Below are positions 33,499-39,394 of a DNA stretch of 39,394 bases, piece by piece. The translations under genes and the position numbers were made by a program. The stretch comes from an uncultured Clostridia bacterium (GTDB lineage Bacteria; Bacillota; Clostridia; Oscillospirales; Acutalibacteraceae). Under the pieces are notes generated by a model. The model ran no database searches and was not told the origin of the DNA. It worked only from the letters and a program-made list of their open reading frames with translations. The DNA is taken from NCBI GenBank assembly GCA_946646305.1, contig CAMPCO010000001.1, forward strand, positions 1-39,394, read 5' to 3'. Within the stretch, counting starts at the first letter, position 1. The number at the start of each line of letters is the position of its first letter.

Positions 33499-34563
33499 AT
33501 GTCATTCGAAGTAGCAGATGATATGGAAAAGGTTGTTAATATTAAAGTCGTTGGTGTAGGCGGCGGCGGTGGCAATGCCATTAACAGAATGGTTGCTGCA
33601 GGTGTTCGCGGCGTTGAATTTGTCGCAATAAATACCGATAAAGCTGCTTTGTTCCTTTCCAAGGCTGATCAGAAAATACAAATCGGTGAAAAATCATCAT
33701 TAGGTATGGGCGCAGGCGGTAATCCGGAAAACGGTCGCAATGCAGCTGAAGAATCCCGTGATGAAATCACCAATGCAATCCGCGATGCGGACATGATATT
33801 CATTACCGCAGGTATGGGCGGCGGCACAGGTACAGGTGCGGCTCCTATCGTTGCAGCTATCGCAAAAGAACTCGGTATCCTTACCGTTGGTATAGTTACA
33901 AAGCCTTTTGCTTTTGAAGGCAGAAAGCGTATGACTCAGGCTGAATCGGGTATTGCCGCTCTCAGCGAACAGGTTGATAGCCTTGTTGTAATTCCGAATG
34001 AACGCCTTAAATATGTTTCTGAAGAAAAGATTACATTTAAGAATGCATTCAATATTGCTGACGATGTTCTTCGCCAGGGTGTTCAGAGCATCTCTGAACT
34101 TATCAATGTTACAGCCCTTGTAAACCTTGACTTTGCAGATGTTAAGGCTATTATGGCTGATGCCGGCTATGCTCATATGGGTGTTGGTTCTGCTACCGGT
34201 CGCGATAAGGCTGAGCAGGCTGCTCGTATGGCTATCACAAGCCCGCTTATTGAAACCTCTATGGATAATGCCCGCGGCGTTATCATCAGCATCACCGGTT
34301 CTGAAGATATCGGTCTTGAAGAGGTTGAACAGGCTTCTTCCATCATTTCCGATATGGCTCATCAGGATGCAACCATCATCTGGGGTGCTCAGCTTGATGA
34401 AAACTTGGAAGATACCATCCGCGTTACCGTTATTGCTACCGGCCTCGGCGATAGCAAGAAGGAAAACAAAGGCGATGATCTTGCTAAAATTATCGGCGAC
34501 TCTCTCGAAGATGAGGATGACGATAACTTAGGCGATGTAATGAGCATCTTTAAAAGAGACTAA
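33499..34563 (+). CDS. ftsZ: Cell-division GTPase FtsZ
   Basis: [13 protein letters not shown], tubulin signature [17 protein letters not shown], and an acidic linker plus C-terminal peptide DVMSIFKRD. Confidence 0.97.
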   Translation: MSFEVADDMEKVVNIKVVGVGGGGGNAINRMVAAGVRGVEFVAINTDKAALFLSKADQKIQIGEKSSLGMGAGGNPENGRNAAEESRDEITNAIRDADMIFITAGMGGGTGTGAAPIVAAIAKELGILTVGIVTKPFAFEGRKRMTQAESGIAALSEQVDSLVVIPNERLKYVSEEKITFKNAFNIADDVLRQGVQSISELINVTALVNLDFADVKAIMADAGYAHMGVGSATGRDKAEQAARMAITSPLIETSMDNARGVIISITGSEDIGLEEVEQASSIISDMAHQDATIIWGAQLDENLEDTIRVTVIATGLGDSKKENKGDDLAKIIGDSLEDEDDDNLGDVMSIFKRD

Positions 34564-34581
34564 TTAAAATTACATAGTCAA

Positions 34582-34612
34582 AAACCCGAAGATATTTCTT
34601 CGGGTTTTGTCT
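34582..34612. terminator. Bidirectional rho-independent terminator (ftsZ / convergent sORF)
   Basis: 10-bp stem aaacccgaag / cttcgggttt (34582-34591 / 34598-34607), flanked by an A-run upstream and a T-rich run downstream. Confidence 0.8.
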
Positions 34613-34617
34613 TTTTC

Positions 34618-34644
34618 GGCAGGGAATATATCCCTGCCTTTTTT
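34618..34644 (+). terminator. Second hairpin plus T-run downstream of ftsZ
   Basis: 8-bp stem ggcaggga / tccctgcc (34618-34625 / 34631-34638) followed by TTTTTT on the plus strand. It lies directly after the stop of the minus-strand sORF. Confidence 0.6.
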
Positions 34645-34656
34645 ATTTGCGGATTA

Positions 34657-34761
34657 TCAGCAGCAACCGTTGTTGTCGTTATTACCGCAGCAGCATGTAA
34701 GGATAAGGATGAGAATGAGTATCCAGGTACAATTTCCACCAAAACCGTTGTTATTACACAT
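34657..34761 (-). CDS. 34-aa Cys/Gly/Asn-rich single-TM peptide (tiny-TM / YjcZ-like architecture), below the ORF-track cutoff
   Basis: Hand translation: MCNNNGFGGNCTWILILILILTCCCGNNDNNGCC. GGAGG SD (34771-34775) 9 nt upstream of the ATG (34759-34761), TGA stop at 34657-34659, hairpins immediately downstream. Confidence 0.6.
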   Translation of the reverse strand: MCNNNGFGGNCTWILILILILTCCCGNNDNNGCC

Positions 34762-34852
34762 TATACAAGACCTCCTTTTTGTCTTTCATCCCATACTATG
34801 CTGATGTTTTTTTGTTGTTAAAAAAATTTTTTAAAAAAATTTTAAAATAGGT

Positions 34853-34901
34853 ATTGACTTTTTCTGACTAATGATTATAATTAAAGTCAGAGAAAGTCAA
34901 A
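34853..34901 (+). promoter_or_regulatory. ctsR promoter with two CtsR operators
   Basis: -35 TTGACT (34854-34859), 16-bp spacer, -10 TATAAT (34876-34881). Direct heptad repeat AGTCAGAgaaAGTCAAA (34885-34901). An inverted copy AGTCAGAaaaAGTCAAT on the minus strand (34853-34869) overlaps the -35. Consensus is (A/G)GTCAAAnAn(A/G)GTCAAA. Confidence 0.7.
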
Positions 34902-34915
34902 AAAGGGGAATTGTT

Positions 34916-35368
34916 ATGAAAATCAGTGACTTAATTACAGAAGAGATTTTAAGGGCAATCAGCGAATCGGATGAGCATATCGCCGATATTCAAAGAAATA
35001 TGCTTGCAAGTCATATCGGTTGCGCGCCGAGCCAGATAAACTATGTTTTATCTTCGCGCTTTACCCCTGAAAACGGATATATCATCGAAAGCCAGCGCGG
35101 CGGCGGCGGTTATATCCGAATTAAAAAGGTAATAATGAATAAAACCAGTCCCATAATGCATATAATCAATTCGTTAGGGGATACAATAGACCAAATCAGC
35201 GCTCGTATCGTTATCGAAAACTGTTTGGAGTCGGGACTTATATCGCAGAACAGCGCCAGAGTTATGTATGCGGCGCTTTCAAACAATGTTATGCGCCAGG
35301 TTCCCGTTGAAATAAGGGATAAGGTAAGGGCGGCAACACTTAAAGAAATGTTGCTTGTTCAAATCTAA
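34916..35368 (+). CDS. ctsR: Class III stress-gene repressor CtsR
   Basis: N-terminal MKISDLITEEIL. Glycine-rich thermosensor loop ESQRGGGGYIRI. First gene of ctsR-mcsA-mcsB-clpC. Start at ATG 34916 (AAGGGGA RBS), not 34871. Confidence 0.9.
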   Translation: MKISDLITEEILRAISESDEHIADIQRNMLASHIGCAPSQINYVLSSRFTPENGYIIESQRGGGGYIRIKKVIMNKTSPIMHIINSLGDTIDQISARIVIENCLESGLISQNSARVMYAALSNNVMRQVPVEIRDKVRAATLKEMLLVQI

Positions 35369-35394
35369 ATATTTTACAAAAGGATGTGTTTTAT

Positions 35395-35928
35395 ATGTTG
35401 TGTGAAGAATGCAAAAAAAGAGAAGCCACAACCCATGTCAAAACAAATATAAACGGACACATAACCGAACAACATCTGTGCCACGAATGTGCCGAAAAGA
35501 AGGGAATAGCAAAAGATTTCAGTTTTAATAATCCGCTTGCCGATATGTTAACATCGATTTTCGGCAGTGCGGCTGAGCACCAAAAACCGCTCAGTGCAAA
35601 GCATTGCAGTTGTTGCAACAGTACTCTTGCCGATATTATGAATAGCGGTAAGCTCGGTTGCAGTGAATGCTATGATAGTTTTTACGAAGATTTACTGCCT
35701 TATTTCAATCGAATTCACGGCGGTATAAAGCATATAGGAAAAATAGCCTATACCGTTGAGAATAACGATGATAAGCCCGCAGAAAAGGCGGAAGAGGAAA
35801 AGCATGAAAAGGGCGAAACTGTCGAAACCTTAAAAGCAGAACTTGAAAAACTTATAAAAGAGGAAAATTTTGAGCAGGCGGCAGTTGTAAGGGATAAGAT
35901 AAAAGCCTTGGAGGAAAAGAATAAATGA
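35395..35928 (+). CDS. mcsA: McsA (protein-arginine kinase activator; zinc-finger and UVR-motif protein)
   Basis: CEEC...CHEC and CSCC...CSEC zinc-finger pairs. C-terminal UVR-like LKAELEKLIKEENFEQAAVVRDKIKAL. ATG 35395 preferred over GTG 35386. Confidence 0.85.
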   Translation: MLCEECKKREATTHVKTNINGHITEQHLCHECAEKKGIAKDFSFNNPLADMLTSIFGSAAEHQKPLSAKHCSCCNSTLADIMNSGKLGCSECYDSFYEDLLPYFNRIHGGIKHIGKIAYTVENNDDKPAEKAEEEKHEKGETVETLKAELEKLIKEENFEQAAVVRDKIKALEEKNK

Positions 35929-36929
35929 GTTGGTATGACAGGAAAGGTCCAAACGATGATATAGTAGTCAGCACGCGCATCCGCCTTGCAAGAAATCTTC
36001 GCGGAATACCTTTTCCGGCAAAAATGAATAAAGAGCAGTTTGAAAAGGTTAATAACATAGTAAAAGAAGCCGTTTTAAACTCAAGCGCCCCTATCGCAAA
36101 AGGGCTTAAATTCATAAAGATGGAAGATATCCCCGCCAATGAGCGTGCTTGTATGGTCGAGCGCCATATTATAAGCCCCGCTTTTGCGGAAAACTATCAA
36201 AACAGGGCAATAATCATCTCAAGCGATGAAAGCATAAGCATAATGCTCGGCGAAGAAGACCATATAAGAATTCAAATAATCTTACCCGGTCTTCAGCTTG
36301 AAAAGGCTTATGAAATAGCCTCTCTTGTGGATGATATGCTCTGCGAAAAAGCCGATATTGCTTTTCATAAAGAGTTGGGCTTTTTAACCGAATGTCCTAC
36401 AAATCTCGGTACAGGGCTCAGGGCATCGGTTATGATGCATCTGCCCCTCAGTAGTGAAAGCGGAAACTTTAAATCGTTTATAGACTCCGCTTCAAAAATC
36501 GGCTACACCGTAAGAGGGCTTTACGGCGAGGGTACAAAGGCGACCGCTTATCTTTATCAGATTTCAAATCAGATAACTCTCGGTATCAGTGAAAAAAGCG
36601 TTATAGAAAATCTGAAAGTCATCGCGGAAAACCTTATAAAAAATGAAAAAGAACTGCAAAGCAAAATAGATAAAACAAAACTTGAAGATATTTCGATGCG
36701 TGCGCTCGGCACACTAAAATACGCAAGAATAATATCCAGCAGTGAAATGATGCAGCTGCTAAGTAATCTTTCTGTCGGAATATCTGCAGGCGTTATAGAA
36801 AAAGATATAAAACCATTTGCGTTGTTTATAGAAGGACAACCGCATACCCTAATGAAAAAATACGGCGAAATGACCGCCGCCGACCGCGATATAAAGCGCG
36901 CCGGGGTGTTAAGGGATGTCCTTAAATAG
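35925..36929 (+). CDS. mcsB: Protein-arginine kinase McsB (ATP:guanido phosphotransferase family)
   Basis: RIRLARNL, EDHIRIQ, guanidino-kinase signature CPTNLGTGLRASVM, and RGLYGEG. ATGA overlap with mcsA. Confidence 0.9.
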   Translation: MSWYDRKGPNDDIVVSTRIRLARNLRGIPFPAKMNKEQFEKVNNIVKEAVLNSSAPIAKGLKFIKMEDIPANERACMVERHIISPAFAENYQNRAIIISSDESISIMLGEEDHIRIQIILPGLQLEKAYEIASLVDDMLCEKADIAFHKELGFLTECPTNLGTGLRASVMMHLPLSSESGNFKSFIDSASKIGYTVRGLYGEGTKATAYLYQISNQITLGISEKSVIENLKVIAENLIKNEKELQSKIDKTKLEDISMRALGTLKYARIISSSEMMQLLSNLSVGISAGVIEKDIKPFALFIEGQPHTLMKKYGEMTAADRDIKRAGVLRDVLK

Positions 36930-36944
36930 AAAGAAGGAATGTTT

Positions 36945-39394
36945 ATGCAATACAATTTCAGCGGTTTTACCGAAAAGGCAAACCTTGCAATCAATAAAGC
37001 CATAGAAAAAGCAGGCGCTATGGGCCATACCTATGTCGGCAGTGAACATCTGCTGCTGGGTATTCTCTGTGTCGGCAGTGGTGTAGGCTACTCATTGCTT
37101 ACCAATGCCGGTGTATCGGAAGAAAAGGTTGAAGAAGCAATAACCGCCACAATCGGTCGTGGCGCCCCAACCCGCCTTTCTCCCGATTATTTAACCCCAA
37201 GGGCAAAAAGGGTAATAGAAATCGCAATGCAAACCTGTCAGGGAACAGGAAAGAAATTTGTCGGAACAGAACATCTGCTTGCCGGTGTTTTAAGCGATAG
37301 CGACAGTTATGCCGTAAGGTTTATAAACGAATGCGGCGGCGATGTTCAGGCCATTCAAGCTGAAGCCTTTAAAGCGGTGGGAATTGACATTGAAAATCTC
37401 GCTTCCGAAGAGGGGCAGGGTATTCCCGGCAATGCCCAAAACAAAAAGAATACCGTTATGAAATTCGGCAGAGATTTAACCGAAGATGCCAAAAAAGGCA
37501 AAATCGACCCCGTAATCGGAAGAGATAAGGAAATTGAGCGAATTATCCAGGTTCTTTGCCGCCGAACAAAAAACAACCCCTGCCTTATCGGTGAACCGGG
37601 TGTCGGCAAAACGGCGGTTGTAGAGGGCCTCGCTCAAAAGATAAGCGATGGCGATGTGCCTGATCTTTTGGCGGATAAAAAGATTATCTCCCTTGACCTT
37701 ACAGGTATGGTTGCAGGTACTAAATACCGCGGCGATTTTGAAGAAAGAATAAAAGCGGTAATCGATGAAGCGATAAAATCAAAGAATATCATTTTGTTCA
37801 TCGATGAAGTCCATACAATTATCGGCGCAGGCTCTGCCGAAGGCACAACCGATGTTGCCAATATCTTAAAGCCTTCGCTTGCCCGCGGTGATTTGCAGCT
37901 TATCGGCGCCACCACCATTTCCGAATACCGCAAGAATATCGAAAAAGATGCCGCGCTCGAAAGACGCTTCCAGCCGGTAACCGTTTCAGAGCCTTCAAAA
38001 GAAGATGCTATTCTTATCTTGAAAGGGCTTAAAGATAAATATGAAGCCCACCACAAGGTAACAATAACCGATGAGGCAATAACCGCGGCGGTAGAACTTT
38101 CTTCCCGCTATATCAATGATAGATTTTTGCCCGATAAAGCGATAGACCTTATCGATGAAGCATCCTCCCGTGTTCGCCTTGATTCAAGAACCGAATCGGC
38201 TCATATAAAAGAACTAAAAGCCGAACTCTCAAAACTACAGGCGGAAAAAGACGATGCCATTTCTTCCCAGGAATTTGAATCTGCGGCAAAACTCAGGGAT
38301 CGCATAAAAGAAATCGAAACCGAGATAAAAACCGAAAAAGAAAACCGCAAAAAGGAAAACGAACATTCAAACGGCACCGTAACCGAAAAAGAAATTGCGA
38401 ATATTGTTTCAAGCTGGACAGGTGTTCCCGTAACCCAGCTTACCGAAGAGGAAAGCCAAAGGCTTTTAAACCTTGAAAATGTTTTGCATGAGCGCCTTAT
38501 CGGTCAGGAGGAAGCGGTAACCGCCGTTTCAAAAGCCATAAGAAGGGGCAGGGTAGGACTGAAAGACCCCAAAAGACCTATCGGCTCGTTTATATTCTTA
38601 GGTCCTACCGGTGTCGGCAAAACCGAACTTTGCAAAGCCTTGGCGGCCGCTATGTTCGGCAGTGAAGAAATGATGATAAGGCTTGATATGTCGGAATATA
38701 TGGAAAAGTATTCCGTTTCCCGCCTTGTCGGTTCGCCTCCGGGATATGTCGGCTATGATGAGGGCGGTCAGCTTACCGAAAAGGTGCGCAGTCATCCTTA
38801 TTCGGTTGTGCTTTTTGATGAAATAGAAAAAGCCCACCCCGATGTTTTCAATATTCTGTTGCAAATTCTTGATGATGGCGTTTTAACCGATTCGCAGGGT
38901 CGCAAGGTCGATTTTAAGAATACCATAATCATTATGACCTCCAATATCGGCGCCAGACAGATCGTGAATAAAAAGGTAAACTTCGGATTTGGCGATAAAT
39001 CCGCCGAGGAAGCCTCTAACGAAGATGTTAAGGAAAAAGTCCTCGCCGAGCTTAAAGAAGCCTTCAGGCCCGAATTTTTGAACCGTGTGGACGATATAAT
39101 AGTCTTTACCAAACTCGGCAAAGAAGAAATCAAAAAAATTGCGGGTAATATGCTTAAAAATCTTAATACAAGACTTTCAAATCTCAATATTACCGCAAAC
39201 TTTACCGATGCTTTGCTCGAGCATTTGGCAGAAAAAGGTTTCGACCCCGTTTATGGCGCAAGACCGCTCAGAAGACTTATTCAAAGCGAAGTTGAAGATG
39301 CGCTTAGCGAAAAGATACTTGATAACTCGGTCAAAAACGGCGATACCGTTCTTTGTGATTATAAAGACGGCAAAGTTACCTTTACGGTAGAAAA
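36945..39394 (+). CDS. clpC: ATP-dependent Clp protease ATP-binding subunit ClpC (3' end truncated by the window)
   Basis: Absent from the ORF track because no stop codon is reached. Hand translation from ATG 36945 (GAAGGAA RBS) gives [23 protein letters not shown]... with Clp_N repeats, Walker [19 protein letters not shown] motif [13 protein letters not shown], and second Walker [12 protein letters not shown]. The frame I translated stayed open as far as I read it. Confidence 0.95.
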   Translation, partial: MQYNFSGFTEKANLAINKAIEKAGAMGHTYVGSEHLLLGILCVGSGVGYSLLTNAGVSEEKVEEAITATIGRGAPTRLSPDYLTPRAKRVIEIAMQTCQGTGKKFVGTEHLLAGVLSDSDSYAVRFINECGGDVQAIQAEAFKAVGIDIENLASEEGQGIPGNAQNKKNTVMKFGRDLTEDAKKGKIDPVIGRDKEIERIIQVLCRRTKNNPCLIGEPGVGKTAVVEGLAQKISDGDVPDLLADKKIISLDLTGMVAGTKYRGDFEERIKAVIDEAIKSKNIILFIDEVHTIIGAGSAEGTTDVANILKPSLARGDLQLIGATTISEYRKNIEKDAALERRFQPVTVSEPSKEDAILILKGLKDKYEAHHKVTITDEAITAAVELSSRYINDRFLPDKAIDLIDEASSRVRLDSRTESAHIKELKAELSKLQAEKDDAISSQEFESAAKLRDRIKEIETEIKTEKENRKKENEHSNGTVTEKEIANIVSSWTGVPVTQLTEEESQRLLNLENVLHERLIGQEEAVTAVSKAIRRGRVGLKDPKRPIGSFIFLGPTGVGKTELCKALAAAMFGSEEMMIRLDMSEYMEKYSVSRLVGSPPGYVGYDEGGQLTEKVRSHPYSVVLFDEIEKAHPDVFNILLQILDDGVLTDSQGRKVDFKNTIIIMTSNIGARQIVNKKVNFGFGDKSAEEASNEDVKEKVLAELKEAFRPEFLNRVDDIIVFTKLGKEEIKKIAGNMLKNLNTRLSNLNITANFTDALLEHLAEKGFDPVYGARPLRRLIQSEVEDALSEKILDNSVKNGDTVLCDYKDGKVTFTVE

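Noticed and set aside
33700-34362. 220-aa minus-strand ORF antisense to ftsZ. Similar antisense ORFs lie inside murA (31723-32199), mcsB (36569-37003) and clpC (37355-39187).
   Set aside because: All are embedded in strongly supported genes on the opposite strand and have no independent signals.
34607-34804. 65-aa plus-strand ORF from the ORF track, downstream of ftsZ.
   Set aside because: It starts inside the ftsZ terminator and reads through a second terminator hairpin, and it has no RBS. The minus-strand 34-aa ORF in the same DNA has a canonical SD and a stop followed by hairpins, so it explains the region better.
39139-39390. 83-aa plus-strand ORF at the window end.
   Set aside because: It is out of frame inside clpC, whose frame I translated from 36945 and which stayed open as far as I read it.
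1-39394. I looked for CRISPR-like periodic repeats, IS or transposon inverted repeats, integrase or recombinase genes, tRNA and rRNA genes, toxin-antitoxin pairs and defence-system signatures.
   Set aside because: I could recognise none by eye. All large ORFs are assignable to housekeeping families, and intergenic regions are short and explained by promoters, operators, a riboswitch and terminators. A computational scan (tRNAscan-SE, Infernal, CRISPR finders, DefenseFinder) would be needed to exclude small elements.

Overview
This window looks like core chromosome from a low-GC, strictly anaerobic Firmicute. The Clostridia-like gene content includes a class III RNR, PFOR, ctsR-mcsA-mcsB-clpC and a dcw cluster with a PASTA-bearing PBP. 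Gene order: nrdG | nrdD (with an in-frame C-terminal thioredoxin-fold domain) and a trxB-like gene | two tiny convergent ORFs sharing a terminator | minus-strand operon rlmB, a degenerate P-type-ATPase-like membrane protein, metG, tatD | COG2509-type FAD protein | guanine riboswitch, xpt and a 4-gene BMP/nucleoside ABC importer | PFOR | mraZ-rsmH-ftsL-pbp-murE-mraY-(67-aa ORF)-ftsW-murG-murA-ftsQ, then ftsZ | a 34-aa Cys-rich membrane peptide (minus strand) | ctsR-mcsA-mcsB-clpC, with clpC running off the window end. I saw no rRNA, tRNA, CRISPR array, transposase, integrase, phage gene or recognisable defence island. Nothing here is an obvious accessory system. The most unusual items are: (1) a class III ribonucleotide reductase with a tethered CxxC redoxin domain next to a TrxR homologue that lacks the NADPH-binding HRRxxxR motif, which may be a self-contained and possibly pyridine-nucleotide-independent reduction module; (2) an 837-aa protein that looks like a catalytically dead P1B-type ATPase fused to a long acidic repeat-containing N-terminus; (3) two well-signalled small ORFs below the ORF-track cutoff; (4) a dcw cluster lacking murF, murD, murB and ftsA. 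All family assignments come from motif reading by eye, and no searches were run.
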